61,705 bases of DNA from Candidatus Sericytochromatia bacterium (GCA_040400605.1 JBBAPZ010000020.1:1-61705); one strand, 5' to 3'. Counted from the stretch's first letter, positions 18,009 to 28,612 are shown. The notes: generated by a model not told the origin, from the letters alone. Made by a program: numbers and translations.

Positions 18009-19613
18009 TTATTGATATTTAGACGCTGGGTTCTGCTTTTCGTTTTTCGGCTTGCCTGTCAACTTCTCTTCGAGGTTGCTGTTGCCACCGTCTCCGGATT
18101 TGTACCGAGCTGCAAGATATTCAGTAGCAGCCTCTTTGAGCGGTCCGCCCTTGAGGAACATCTGGAACACCATCTGGTCAACGTCAAGACCCTTGCTCTT
18201 GGCGGCGTTGATTTCAGCGTTAAGCTGGTCGCGTTGCAGTTTAAGCGCCTCTTTTTTGTATTCGACCTCTGCCTTGCGGTTTTCAATGCCCTCGTTAAGC
18301 TGAGCAACCTTACCAGTGAGGTCAACACCCATCCCAATGATTTCCATTTTCTCTTTGCGGCTGAGGTTTGCCAGCTGAGCACGTTCGCGCTGCATCTCAC
18401 GGATGCGCGCTTTATCTTCGTCTAGGCCTTCTGCAATGTCTACGGCACCCGCACCGAGAGTTTCAGCCAGACCGCCAAAAAGGCTCTTGTCCTTCGCCTC
18501 GCCAAGACGCTTTGCAAGCTTACCTAGGCCTTCAAAGAACACATCTTTCTTATCCCGTGCACGGTTCTCAGGGGACAGCGCTTCTTCAAGCTCTTTACGA
18601 TACTCAAGCTGCTCTGCGGACTCTTCTGGCATCATGCCAGTGAGCATGCCGATATTACCCTGTAAGTCCGTAGGTAGGCCGTAGAGAGTATTAGCACCGC
18701 GTGCAGCACTTGCTAGCTCGTTATCACCAGTGTCTTTTGACCCTGAGTAGCGCCGTAGAATATCCTGCTCGTACCTACGTGTCTTAGCCCCATGGCCCTT
18801 TGTGTTGGGGCCAGCAAAATGGTACGCTCCAGCTTTGCCGATGTCGCCGCCGCTGTATGCGAGTATATCCTCCATCTGAGCGTCCATTAGGCGCTCTTGG
18901 TAGGCACGGCCTTCTTTCGACCGGCCCTTATCACCGGACATCAAGTCCGGGCGGTACTCTAGACCTAAGCGTTTAGCTAGCGCCCTAGCAGTGGGGGGCA
19001 TAAACTGGTACGCACCCATTGCACCGCTGCCTTCAGCGTTCGTAGCCCCGTAGTCACCACGGCTTTCTTGCATGAGCAGCGCGTGCCGCAAACGTGCAGC
19101 ATCAACATCACCACCGGGAGCAAACGCAACCATACCGCCACCTGCGTAGCCGTCACCGAAGCCGCCATTGCTTGGCTCATCGAACATGCCGTCAGGCACA
19201 GGGATATCAGATAGACCACCGCCAGAAGCGTAAGGAGGCACCATGCCACCTTCGGCCATCATAGGCATTTCTTCAGCGGGCATCTCCATCTGTGGCGGAG
19301 CCATTTGGGGTGCAGCATCCATAGGAGGCATAACGTCCATAGGCGGCATAGCCGCAGCTTGCGGCGTAGCACCGAGACCGGCGGGTTGTTGTGGTGGCGC
19401 TGGAGGAGCAAAGACTTGCTCCGCTACTGTCTGCTGGGGGGCACCCTCTTGCTGCGCAGCGGAACGCATACGGTCAATAAACATACCAGCCAACGTGCCA
19501 GCGGTAGGGTCAAGAATACCCATCTGCATAGCTTCAGCAATTTTCTGCTTATTGCCGCCGTAGTCCTTAGCGATTTGCTCAGGGGATTGCATGCTGAATG
19601 GTTTTGTTTCCAT
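18009..19613 (-). CDS. Internal virion protein with lytic transglycosylase (SLT) domain
   Basis: LLMQESRG...SGAMGAYQFMPPTA lysozyme-like motifs. Confidence 0.8.
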   Translation of the reverse strand: METKPFSMQSPEQIAKDYGGNKQKIAEAMQMGILDPTAGTLAGMFIDRMRSAAQQEGAPQQTVAEQVFAPPAPPQQPAGLGATPQAAAMPPMDVMPPMDAAPQMAPPQMEMPAEEMPMMAEGGMVPPYASGGGLSDIPVPDGMFDEPSNGGFGDGYAGGGMVAFAPGGDVDAARLRHALLMQESRGDYGATNAEGSGAMGAYQFMPPTARALAKRLGLEYRPDLMSGDKGRSKEGRAYQERLMDAQMEDILAYSGGDIGKAGAYHFAGPNTKGHGAKTRRYEQDILRRYSGSKDTGDNELASAARGANTLYGLPTDLQGNIGMLTGMMPEESAEQLEYRKELEEALSPENRARDKKDVFFEGLGKLAKRLGEAKDKSLFGGLAETLGAGAVDIAEGLDEDKARIREMQRERAQLANLSRKEKMEIIGMGVDLTGKVAQLNEGIENRKAEVEYKKEALKLQRDQLNAEINAAKSKGLDVDQMVFQMFLKGGPLKEAATEYLAARYKSGDGGNSNLEEKLTGKPKNEKQNPASKYQ

Positions 19614-19614
19614 T

Positions 19615-21192
19615 TTAAATTACCCCGGCCCGGTTAGCAGTGTTGTATAGAGCGGCTGCGCCTAACCCGCCAGACATAAGCTGTGAACCTAGTGAAGCGG
19701 TAGGAGCGTAAGTCGTAGATGCTGAGTTAACCCCCACAGGCACACCGCGAAGCAAGCTGCTATACTGTTGAAGCTGCTCCATCGGGTAGTCACGCTGGCG
19801 CAAGAAGTCTTGATACTGTTGGTCAAGGCGCTGCTGGTTAAGCGCCTGCTGCTGCGCTGCTGTAGAAGTCTGCAGACCATACCGTGCTTGGTCAGCCTGC
19901 GATGACGCACTACCAATGTTAGCGAGTGTTTGAGCCGACTGGTTAGCCTGAGCAAGGTTTGCGAGACCCTGCTGTGCACCGAACTGACGTGACTGCTCAC
20001 CCATGCGCTGGGCTTCAAGACTTGACTGTTGGTTAGCAAGTAAAGCCCGCATACCCTGTTCAGCATTAAGACCCTGTGTTTGCTGCCGTGCAGCGAGGTT
20101 CCGCTCGTTTGCTTGCTGGGATGCTGCTAGGTTAGCCAGCGCGGTCTGCATGCCAATGTTAGCGCCCAACTCTTGAGTGCCCAACTGAGACTGCAGGTTA
20201 GCCTGACTGCGCGTGACATCCACACCCTGATTAGCCAATGCCGCCTTAAGTGCGTTGTCGGCGTTCATACCTTGTGCTTGGAACTGCATGGCTTGGTTGT
20301 TAACCCGCGCCTGCTGCTCATTCGACAGGTTGGCTAGCGCCATCTGTGTTCCAGTCTGAACACCTAGTTTCTGTTGCTCGAGCGCTGCTTGGAGGTTCTG
20401 CTGTCCTGTGGTCAAGCCCGCTGCGCGGTCACGTTCGAACTGCTGCTGTGCGTTCTCATACGCCGACTGCATACCACGTGATTGAATGTCGCCAAGCTGC
20501 TGACCTAAGTTACGCTCACGCTCTAAAGAAGCAAGAAGCTGACGGCTACCGCCATATGTACCTTGGCGAGAAGAACCGAGGTCCTGCGCAACCTGTCCGC
20601 GCCGTGCACTTGTAATAGCTTCGCGCATCTGGGGTTCCAGCGCCTGCTGGATATACGGCGACATGTACTTCTGAGCCTGCGTAGCATCAAACTGCTGAGG
20701 GCCAGACACACGAAACTGTTCGAGCGGCCCTTGGCCGTAAGAAGACTGCGCAGCCTGCATGTTCTGCGCCTGCACGTTCTGTGCACCGACTTCGCGTGTA
20801 GGTCCAAACTGGAACGCTTGTAGGTTAGGCTTATAGTCAGTCTGCGCAGTAGCCATCTGGTTTGCTTGCTGCTGCTGATAAGATACGTTATTTGGGTTGA
20901 ACTGGCCGGTAGTGTAAGCAGGCTGCTCTAATGCGCGCTGTGCCGTCGTCGCGGCGACGTTTGTCCCGGTACCAAACTGACCCGGTGCCTGCATGTTCAG
21001 GATGTTATTTTGGACACCACGCTGCTGCTGCGTAAAGTCAGCGATACGCTCTTGACCATAAGTCTGATATGGCGTCGTTAGGTTCGCCTCTGCACGCTGC
21101 ATCAACCCTTCAAAATAGGGGCGTGCGTACTCCGGCAGAGTGGTCTGATTAATGTTTTGAGTTGTCGGCTGACTGCTACCACCACCACCCAT
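19615..21192 (-). CDS. Gln/Ala-rich internal virion (ejection/pilot-like) protein
   Basis: MGGGG start, YMSPY motif, long Q/A helical repeats, position among ejection genes. Confidence 0.6.
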   Translation of the reverse strand: MGGGGSSQPTTQNINQTTLPEYARPYFEGLMQRAEANLTTPYQTYGQERIADFTQQQRGVQNNILNMQAPGQFGTGTNVAATTAQRALEQPAYTTGQFNPNNVSYQQQQANQMATAQTDYKPNLQAFQFGPTREVGAQNVQAQNMQAAQSSYGQGPLEQFRVSGPQQFDATQAQKYMSPYIQQALEPQMREAITSARRGQVAQDLGSSRQGTYGGSRQLLASLERERNLGQQLGDIQSRGMQSAYENAQQQFERDRAAGLTTGQQNLQAALEQQKLGVQTGTQMALANLSNEQQARVNNQAMQFQAQGMNADNALKAALANQGVDVTRSQANLQSQLGTQELGANIGMQTALANLAASQQANERNLAARQQTQGLNAEQGMRALLANQQSSLEAQRMGEQSRQFGAQQGLANLAQANQSAQTLANIGSASSQADQARYGLQTSTAAQQQALNQQRLDQQYQDFLRQRDYPMEQLQQYSSLLRGVPVGVNSASTTYAPTASLGSQLMSGGLGAAALYNTANRAGVI

Positions 21193-21193
21193 A

Positions 21194-21625
21194 TTACGCT
21201 CCTAATCCTGTATCTGCGACCGGCAATTCGTATACCTGCCAAAGTGCTTTATATCCATCGTTTTTAAAAATCTTTGACCAACCGACCCTACCAGAAGACT
21301 CGATACGCTCACAGTCGTTATCGTACGCCCAATGCTGCAACGTTTTAAGCATGGGTGCTTTCCACTCCATACCCTCGTCACCTGCGCAAAAAACCATATC
21401 AAGGCATAGCATACGTGGGTACTGCTTAAAGCAAGTTACTGTAATGCCTTTGATTTCTTCGCCTACAAATGCAATCCAAAGGTGATGGTCATATTGTATA
21501 ATCGAGTCAAGGATATCTTCAGGTTCATACCGACCAAAGGTGTACTCCGCAGCTTTACTTAGATGCGAAAAGATACGCGGCCACAACTCACTAACGTGTT
21601 CGGTAGGGACTAAACTAACCTGCAT
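21194..21625 (-). CDS. GNAT-like protein of podoviral internal-protein module
   Basis: CERIESSGRVGWSK motif; position between tail and ejection genes. Confidence 0.55.
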   Translation of the reverse strand: MQVSLVPTEHVSELWPRIFSHLSKAAEYTFGRYEPEDILDSIIQYDHHLWIAFVGEEIKGITVTCFKQYPRMLCLDMVFCAGDEGMEWKAPMLKTLQHWAYDNDCERIESSGRVGWSKIFKNDGYKALWQVYELPVADTGLGA

Positions 21626-23235
21626 TATGCAAGCCCACGACGTACTTTAGTGTCTTGACCGCGCTTCGCTTTCTTACGTGCTTTGTGCGCCTTATTCATC
21701 AGGGCATATAGCTTAGCAGTGCCGCGCTTGGCATTGCCTTTTCCAAGGCGCTTGACCGCCTCTGGTGGGAACAACACTTCGTCGCGTGCAACACGTGCTT
21801 CCTGCTTGCCACCGATACTTGCGCGTATCGAGTCACTCACACCGTCGCCCGGTCCCTGCAGTGGTTGCCCACCCATACGCGATAAAAACTCCATACCCGC
21901 ATTGCTGCTGCCGTTACCAAGCTCTGACACCGTGCGAGCGTCAACTACAAAGGAGCCATTTTTCATGTTTACCCGACCCCCAACGGCGTAGCCGATGTCT
22001 TCTTCATCTGGTGCAGGGCCACCCATATAGGGTATCAATGTTGGGTTGTAGCGGTTCTGCCCTTTACGAGCATTAGGGTTTAATATGTTTTGTAGTATGG
22101 GTGTACCCGGCGCAGTGCTGGAACCCGGACGCACAATCTGCCCCGAAGTGTTGTAGACTTCAGGCATGTCTACGTCGAAGTAGCGCCGCTCTGCAGACGA
22201 ACTAAGAAGCTCATCGGTAGATGGTGCAAAAGTAGCTGTGCGCCGTTGCGCAGCGTACGGACCAGCATAAGAGTTATCTATGATGCCATCCGACCCCATG
22301 CTGCCCATTGAGGGGGTCATCGCGCCGGAGACACCGCTCATAACACCCATACCCGCAAGCATTGGAGCGTTCTTGGCAATAATGCCGGGAGTGCCAGCAG
22401 GGAGACCCGCACGTGCCGCGTTACCGAAGTTTTGAGCAAACCCAGCAAGGCCTGTTTTAGCAGCTGTAGTACCAGCAGTGGTGACTGCTCCCGGGATATT
22501 AGCGCTTGCAACTTGACGGGCCAAGTCAGCAGCAGCAGTAGAACCTGCGCTCGCAGCTGTAGTACCGGCGGTGGCGGCTGCTCCCGGGATATTAGTGCCT
22601 GCAACTTGGCGCGCCAAATCAGCAGCAGTAGTAGAACCTGCACCTGCAGTATTTGCAACCGCGTTAGCAGCGTTAGCAGCGTTAGCAGCGTTAGCAGCAT
22701 TAGCAGCGTTAGCCGCCTGACCGATACCGAAAGAACCTGCGTTGAGGCCAGCTGCAGAGCCGAGAGCAGCACCGCCATAAGCTTGAAGACCAGCCATCAG
22801 ACCTTTCTTGAGGCTACCTGTGGCAATACCTGTACCCGCACCGATGATGGCGCTGGCCGTAAACGGGTTAATCAACCCACCAGTGAGCGGAGTAGCAATG
22901 GCACCGAGAATAGTTGGGAGGAGTTTGCCGAGCCAGCCTGCTTCGGGCAGACCTGTTTGTGGGTTAATGGTAAGTGAGCCACCTGATGCCATAGCCAGAC
23001 CTTGGAGGCTGTTAACTTCGTCGGGTGTCATGTGGACGAGCATTGAGTCTTCGCCGCGACCCATGCTCTGTAGTTGGTTAGCCATTGGGTTAGCAGTTGC
23101 GCTTAAACCCGCTGTCGCAGGAAGACCGCCAGTCGTGCCGGGAATTTGTGACCCAAGCACAGGTGGCTTGCCAACAGGAGGAGCAAAACTACCTGCTGCT
23201 GTGTATGGTGGCGGAGCCATCTGTACGTCCATCAT
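21625..23235 (-). CDS. Gly/Ala-rich internal virion protein
   Basis: GRGEDSMLVHMTPDEV..TINPQTGLPEA and GPGDGVSDSI motifs; internal repeats. Confidence 0.6.
   Translation of the reverse strand: MMDVQMAPPPYTAAGSFAPPVGKPPVLGSQIPGTTGGLPATAGLSATANPMANQLQSMGRGEDSMLVHMTPDEVNSLQGLAMASGGSLTINPQTGLPEAGWLGKLLPTILGAIATPLTGGLINPFTASAIIGAGTGIATGSLKKGLMAGLQAYGGAALGSAAGLNAGSFGIGQAANAANAANAANAANAANAVANTAGAGSTTAADLARQVAGTNIPGAAATAGTTAASAGSTAAADLARQVASANIPGAVTTAGTTAAKTGLAGFAQNFGNAARAGLPAGTPGIIAKNAPMLAGMGVMSGVSGAMTPSMGSMGSDGIIDNSYAGPYAAQRRTATFAPSTDELLSSSAERRYFDVDMPEVYNTSGQIVRPGSSTAPGTPILQNILNPNARKGQNRYNPTLIPYMGGPAPDEEDIGYAVGGRVNMKNGSFVVDARTVSELGNGSSNAGMEFLSRMGGQPLQGPGDGVSDSIRASIGGKQEARVARDEVLFPPEAVKRLGKGNAKRGTAKLYALMNKAHKARKKAKRGQDTKVRRGLA
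22460..22713. repeat. In-frame internal repeats: 96-bp duplication and ~6x 9-bp unit (AAN)n
   Basis: AGST.AADLARQVA..NIPGA..TAGTTAA twice; (GCGTTAGCA)n at 22661-22713. Confidence 0.85.
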
Positions 23236-23296
23236 CTCGTATCCTACCTTGTACCTACGCTTATAGCGGCAATCTGATAAAAACTAAACACCATTC

Positions 23297-23989
23297 TTAC
23301 ACAGCCTTCGACACAAAGAACGCTTCGACAATAGCCGAAGGTGTAGCTGGGATTGCAGGCGTCACACCTGCTGAATACGTAACCGCTGGAAGATGCTCCA
23401 TAACCACAGAAGTGTCAGAGACACGCCACATAACTTCGACCCACACTCCTGCCGCCTCTGCGTAACCACTAAACGGCGTCACTGCGATAAGGTAAGAAGG
23501 GTCACCTGTGGATTTGCGTGGGGGGATGGTAAACCGGCTGTTCGAGTTAGGCACATCCGTTGTTGTGGTGCCATTGTTGTACCGCAGCCAGACATCCACC
23601 GTCTGCGCATCGTTGGTTGGGTTCTTGAACGACAGGCTGTATATAAACATATATATGCCCGGAGACGAGAAGGTAACCTGCGTGTCGTTAGCGCCTGTGA
23701 TTGATATACCATCTGCGAAAGACGTGATTTCCAGCTCTACGGCGTAGGCTTGGTCGATAGCTGCCGCTGTCTGGTCCACGTTACTTAAGAACTGATTATG
23801 CGGGAACGTCAGGCCGATACCACTGCCGTAGAAATTATCTGCCGTGTAGCTCTGGGCGTAGTTAGGTGTGTTGGAGTCAAGCTGCGAGAAGTACGTTTCC
23901 AGTACGCGGATAACCTGCCGTATATACTGCGCATCATACTCTGAAGGAGCATTCGGTAGCGGCGCTGCTTTGAACCTAGTAAGTGCCAT
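23297..23989 (-). CDS. Tail-associated structural protein
   Basis: N-terminal PLPNAPSEYD helix, beta-rich C-terminus, follows the tail stabilisation gene. Confidence 0.55.
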   Translation of the reverse strand: MALTRFKAAPLPNAPSEYDAQYIRQVIRVLETYFSQLDSNTPNYAQSYTADNFYGSGIGLTFPHNQFLSNVDQTAAAIDQAYAVELEITSFADGISITGANDTQVTFSSPGIYMFIYSLSFKNPTNDAQTVDVWLRYNNGTTTTDVPNSNSRFTIPPRKSTGDPSYLIAVTPFSGYAEAAGVWVEVMWRVSDTSVVMEHLPAVTYSAGVTPAIPATPSAIVEAFFVSKAV

Positions 23990-25920
23990 TAGCGGCGTCC
24001 ATCCGGACGAGCGTCCAAGCGCGGTGCACCGAGCTGCCAGTTAACACCGAGAGTATCCGACTGAATTTTAAGCGCCATCTGACGCGCACGGGCACGGACG
24101 AAGACTTGGTCTGTGTATTGGTTTACCGACGTTTCTATTACCCGCTGGGCATCCGCAGGGTCGATGGAGACCGGAGCGCCGGGGAAGTTGCGTGGGCGAA
24201 CGCTAAGAGTGACTTCTGGCTCAGCAGCCACTGAACCACTAAAACTGATGTCAGGCAGTATACGCCGGGTCAGCATGAAGTTGTCGCCGTCATCAAGGTC
24301 AAAGTCCGATGACTGGATGTAGCTCTCCATAGGCAGGGCGTCGTCGTTAACACCAAACTCGTGGATATATAGGGTGCCAGCGTTTGTGCCGCCCGGAGTG
24401 TTTGTGGCCTGCGGATACTCCCGCAGTGCTGTGTCTAGCCATGCAGTGCGGTCAATCGTGCCGTAGTACCAGATGCGCTCAAGGTGGTTATAGACAACAT
24501 AGGCGTCGTTATAGTCGCTCTGCTCGGTAGGGTAGAACCACCACACCTCGTTCCAACGCTCGTTAGTACCGCACACCACTTGGTCTGCTTGGTTGATGTT
24601 GAAGTTGTTGAACACGTGGTTACGCAGTGAGCATGGCAGCGTCTCGACACGACCGGTGTAGGCATAGAACTTATCCTGCCCCATCCAGTAGGTAATGTTA
24701 GCTGCGGTCGTTACGGCGCGGGGCGACATGATAGATATGCTATCGGCATACTCCTGAAGCCCGAAGACGTCCGTAGTGCCAAGAAACTGCAGTGTGAAAA
24801 GGTGCGTGTCAGTCCATACAAGGATTTCCTGCCGTGTAGGCAGTGCCCGTACGATACGCGAGCCGCGTGAGACCCGAAGGTCACCAGCAGTGTTAGTTTG
24901 TGTAGGCGTCCAATCACCCGGCGTATCTTGGTCAGCCCAGCGGATAAGAAGCGGGTCAAAGTCTGTTATACTTGTAGAACCAAACGGCACCGCACCAAAG
25001 GCAATTAAGTGGCGGTCCTGTTGAGACACCAGCAACTGCATAATCTGCACTGGGACAGCATTGGGGTCGAACCCTTCACCATCAGCGTAATCCGCAAGGC
25101 GGATAGCTGGCGTAGACAAAGCAGGGCCGGGGTCTTCCGTAGTGCCACGTACCCACCAGTAACCTTCACCGTTGCGGATATTCATAACGAGGTCGTTGTC
25201 GAAGTTATCAAACCACCAGTCGCGCTGCGGCAAGAACACCGGAGTAATGGTACCTGTGCCCCAATCGCCGCGACCCCATGTACCGACGTTCCACCCGTAG
25301 CCGCCAACTGTTATGGGGTTTCCGGGGCTAATCTGAAAAGACAAGTCTATAGCCGTGCCGCCTGCAGCAGATACAGTCGATGTAGCAGCCGTGCTAACTT
25401 CGTAGGTGAAGATAAAGTTGTCTACACGGGTTACCTCATAGGTACCGTTAATCTCGGTGATGGGAATACCACCAATAGCAGAAGGACTGCCTGAACCGGT
25501 AACACCTGCAATAACTACATAATCCCCAGTCTGCGCACCGTGTGCAGTTGCTCCAAGGTCTACGGTAATCGTAGTTGAAGTGTCGGTTGTGTTTATGCAG
25601 TTGTCGGTATCCGGCGTAGAAAGGACTGGGTCGATATCCCGTAGCGGTGTGATGTCGTAGAAGTTACCTGCAATCTCGATGTAGACTTTGACGTTAGTGC
25701 CCATAGCGAGCATGTCGTCGGAGTAAGTCGTAATCCAGTTTAGCATCTGTCGGCAGTAGCCGATGAAGTCACTAGGAGCCGAACGCAGCCAGCCGCCCAT
25801 CTTCTCAGGATAGCCCGAGCGAAACCGTATCTTGTCGCACTCGTACCAGCCGCCCTCGTTGGAGTAATCGGTCTGGTCGCGGTTCACACCGGGCTTAAAC
25901 TGGAGCTTGATGAAGGCCAT
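23989..25920 (-). CDS. Tail tubular/nozzle (P22 gp10/T7 gp12-like) protein
   Basis: 643 aa beta-propeller-like; KIRFRSGYPEK, LIRWADQD, EVWWFYP motifs. Confidence 0.7.
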   Translation of the reverse strand: MAFIKLQFKPGVNRDQTDYSNEGGWYECDKIRFRSGYPEKMGGWLRSAPSDFIGYCRQMLNWITTYSDDMLAMGTNVKVYIEIAGNFYDITPLRDIDPVLSTPDTDNCINTTDTSTTITVDLGATAHGAQTGDYVVIAGVTGSGSPSAIGGIPITEINGTYEVTRVDNFIFTYEVSTAATSTVSAAGGTAIDLSFQISPGNPITVGGYGWNVGTWGRGDWGTGTITPVFLPQRDWWFDNFDNDLVMNIRNGEGYWWVRGTTEDPGPALSTPAIRLADYADGEGFDPNAVPVQIMQLLVSQQDRHLIAFGAVPFGSTSITDFDPLLIRWADQDTPGDWTPTQTNTAGDLRVSRGSRIVRALPTRQEILVWTDTHLFTLQFLGTTDVFGLQEYADSISIMSPRAVTTAANITYWMGQDKFYAYTGRVETLPCSLRNHVFNNFNINQADQVVCGTNERWNEVWWFYPTEQSDYNDAYVVYNHLERIWYYGTIDRTAWLDTALREYPQATNTPGGTNAGTLYIHEFGVNDDALPMESYIQSSDFDLDDGDNFMLTRRILPDISFSGSVAAEPEVTLSVRPRNFPGAPVSIDPADAQRVIETSVNQYTDQVFVRARARQMALKIQSDTLGVNWQLGAPRLDARPDGRR

Positions 25921-26096
25921 TAGCTTTTTTCACTCAAGGCAAAGATTAGAAACTGCACTTTGGCATCTGTAGCCGCTGTATCGCAAGTACCATCTGGATT
26001 AAACACAGCGGGCACCTCAAAATAACTGCCGTCCTCAAGCGTACCCTTGGCATACCATTCAGCTTCGTTTGCTGGGTAGAAGATTGTTATGCCCAC
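25920..26096 (-). CDS. Small hypothetical protein
   Basis: GTG start after GAGG; stop abuts next gene. Confidence 0.5.
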   Translation of the reverse strand: MGITIFYPANEAEWYAKGTLEDGSYFEVPAVFNPDGTCDTAATDAKVQFLIFALSEKS

Positions 26097-26488
26097 GCGA
26101 TTAACCTCATAGCACCGACAGTTGTGCCGAACGCGGTGGGCGCACCGGTAAAAATCCAAGACGTAACTGAGCCGTTGTTGCTGTAAGAAGCATCAGCGCG
26201 GTTTAACGTAGTGGTACCGATAGTCAGCGTTTCCCAACCAGAATTAGGCGCGCTTCCAGCAACCGTGAAATCTAACCAAGCTGGCACACCCGAACTGTAA
26301 ACGTCTTTAAGTTGAGAAACGGTCAGACCGCTATTTGCCCATGTCGTGGGTGCGATACTACCTTGGCCACCAGCACCGAAACCGTAGCTACTGAAGCCAC
26401 CTGCTGATGCGAACCCAACAGTTACTGTTGCGGCCCCTAAATATATTGAGCCGCCACCTCCAGCCAGTGCGCACATAATCCCAGTCAT
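26087..26488 (-). CDS. Tail fibre tip/accessory protein
   Basis: G/S/T-rich beta protein coupled to the fibre gene stop. Confidence 0.55.
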   Translation of the reverse strand: MTGIMCALAGGGGSIYLGAATVTVGFASAGGFSSYGFGAGGQGSIAPTTWANSGLTVSQLKDVYSSGVPAWLDFTVAGSAPNSGWETLTIGTTTLNRADASYSNNGSVTSWIFTGAPTAFGTTVGAMRLIAWA

Positions 26489-27669
26489 TAGGTTAACCCC
26501 GAGCCGCTGATTACCCATGTAGTAGAAGCAACTTTAACGCACGTTACTAAGCCATATTGAGCGACGGTACGCGTACCTGTGGTCGCTGTACCCGCAAGGC
26601 GCAGTGTGTCTGAAGTGATGGATACCGTTTGGCTGCTGCCGCTGTTGTTGAAGAGGGCGACCGCTGCCCCGATAGGAAACGCGACAGAGGCGTTGGCAGG
26701 GATGACCCAGCCGCCGGTCGTATTGGAAACCTGCTTACCAATATCCGAAAGCGCCAGCGTGTAAGCGCCGGTCTGGGCGTTCTGCGGCAAACCCCGGAAA
26801 CCGGGAGCCGCTGCGCCTATGGTGCCTGCATCTAGCACTGTAGTAGCCGTCAGGTTTGTGCTCGTCAGGTTTGTGCTCGTGGCGTTCGTAGACGTCAGGT
26901 TCGTAAGCACCGCAGTTGTGGCGTTAAGGTTTGTAGCGGTAGCATTCGTAGACGTTAGGTCTGTGAGTATCGCCGTCGTCGCGTTAAGATTTGTGCTTGT
27001 AGCGTTCGTAGACGTCAGATTTGTGAGTATTGCCGTCGTAGCATTGAGGTTTGTGCTCGTGGCGTTCGTAGACGTCAGGTTTGTAAATATAGCGGTCGTG
27101 GCGTTGACGTTCGTAGCAGTAGCATTTCCAGCCAGCAGGTTTGTGACCGCTAGGTTTGTGGTAGCTAAGTTTGTAGACGTCAGGTCTGAAGTCGTTATGT
27201 CTGCCGAGTTTAAAGTGCCAATTATACCACTAACAGCAGCGACGTTTACGATGCTTAAGTCCGGTGTATAGGAAAGAGCACTAACAACATTGACACCGTC
27301 ACTATAAACCCAAGTCGTAGTACCCGCGAGTACAGTGACACCAGTGCCAGCCGCAGTCTTAACAACAACGCTGTCAGCGCAATCGTTCTGGACGATGTAC
27401 GGTTTTTCAATCGAAGGGACCACGAGGTTGCGAGTTGAGCCACCAGTAGTGCCTGTGCAGCGTAGACGTAGGTTACGCGCCGTCTGAGATGCGTTGGTGT
27501 TGGTCAGCGTGAGCGTGACGTTGGCACTGGCAAAAGTAACATCAGCAGAACCAACAATGGCTTCCTCTAGCGCGGTACCGAGGTTGACGTTAGTAACGTC
27601 GCCCCACGAGGTGTTGTTCTCACCCGTTGCCATTAGCTGAATTTTAAGGTTGCTGTATGTACTTGGCAT
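26488..27669 (-). CDS. Tail fibre protein with T/N-rich pentapeptide repeats
   Basis: N-terminal GENNTSWGDVTN anchor motif; TNLTSTNATSTNLNATTAIL repeats; C-terminal FPIGA..WVISG domain. Confidence 0.75.
   Translation of the reverse strand: MPSTYSNLKIQLMATGENNTSWGDVTNVNLGTALEEAIVGSADVTFASANVTLTLTNTNASQTARNLRLRCTGTTGGSTRNLVVPSIEKPYIVQNDCADSVVVKTAAGTGVTVLAGTTTWVYSDGVNVVSALSYTPDLSIVNVAAVSGIIGTLNSADITTSDLTSTNLATTNLAVTNLLAGNATATNVNATTAIFTNLTSTNATSTNLNATTAILTNLTSTNATSTNLNATTAILTDLTSTNATATNLNATTAVLTNLTSTNATSTNLTSTNLTATTVLDAGTIGAAAPGFRGLPQNAQTGAYTLALSDIGKQVSNTTGGWVIPANASVAFPIGAAVALFNNSGSSQTVSITSDTLRLAGTATTGTRTVAQYGLVTCVKVASTTWVISGSGLT
26881..27120. repeat. 4 x 60-bp tandem repeat
   Basis: TTCGTAGACGT recurs every 60 bp (26885, 26945, 27005, 27065). 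Confidence 0.9.
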
Positions 27670-27678
27670 CTTCGTTCC

Positions 27679-28383
27679 TTACGTCGGTATCTGCACCCAC
27701 ACTACGGCATTGCCGTCATTCACTTGCGTCCAGTTACTACTTTGAGCGTCATTGACCTGTACCCAGTTGGGGGTCTGATTATCATTGATAACGCTCCATA
27801 CTAACGGAGTTGTGATTAATCCTGCGGCTTGTACACCAGTGACAAGTACATTACAACTAGGGAGTACGGTAGGGGTACCTACCTGACCGGTAGCCGTTAA
27901 GCCTGTTACACGTACGCGCTGCGAAAGAAGTATGGACACAGAGGCGACGGAAGTAGTGGCTTCGAGCCCAGTCGGGGTTACTTTTGCAGCCCCCGAAGTA
28001 GTAACCGAACCGATTGCACCAGATGCAGTTAAGCCGGATACCGCTGCGGCTGTATTAACGACGGCATTAGCCGTACCCACCAAACCTTCAGCAGATACAG
28101 AAGTAAGGGCAGTTGTGGCTTTTGCTTGTACAAGCACGGAGCCAAGCGCAGCTTGCGCTGTTACCGCTACTGCAGAGACGTTGGCGTCACCACTTATAAA
28201 CGGTGTGCCGACCTCACCGACGCCATCTACGTCATTAGGGTCTACGGATATGTTGCCGTCCGCAGCTACGCCTACACCATCGTCGATGACGTCAAGCGTA
28301 AACCCGGTTAGCTCTATGGCTACCCGGTTAGTTTCTTTTATGTCGGAAAACGCTGAACCCGAGAAAGGAGAGAAACCGAACAT
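27679..28383 (-). CDS. Structural/tail protein
   Basis: MFGFSPFS start, V/T/G-rich repeats, C-terminal W..(I/V)ND repeats. Confidence 0.6.
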   Translation of the reverse strand: MFGFSPFSGSAFSDIKETNRVAIELTGFTLDVIDDGVGVAADGNISVDPNDVDGVGEVGTPFISGDANVSAVAVTAQAALGSVLVQAKATTALTSVSAEGLVGTANAVVNTAAAVSGLTASGAIGSVTTSGAAKVTPTGLEATTSVASVSILLSQRVRVTGLTATGQVGTPTVLPSCNVLVTGVQAAGLITTPLVWSVINDNQTPNWVQVNDAQSSNWTQVNDGNAVVWVQIPT

Positions 28384-28426
28384 ATCTTATCCCCTCCTTT
28401 CTTCAGTGGGTCAGCAAGTAACTTTC

Positions 28427-28603
28427 TTAGTCCTGAGCGGCTACGCGCTTCGACTTAATCGACCAAACAGCGGCAGCGATGGTAGCACCGGCACCAGCAA
28501 GTGCGACGGCAGTCTCAGAATCAATAATACCCTGACCTGCGAAGTAACCGCCAATGGCGGCGAGGACGGTGCGGACTACGCCGTAGACTTCATTCTTATT
28601 CAT
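28427..28603 (-). CDS. Putative holin (58 aa; not in ORF track)
   Basis: MNKNEVYGVVRTVLAAIGGYFAGQGIIDSETAVALAGAGATIAAAVWSIKSKRVAAQD: two hydrophobic segments, basic tail, AGGAG RBS, directly after the endolysin. Confidence 0.7.
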   Translation of the reverse strand: MNKNEVYGVVRTVLAAIGGYFAGQGIIDSETAVALAGAGATIAAAVWSIKSKRVAAQD

Positions 28604-28612
28604 AATAAACTC

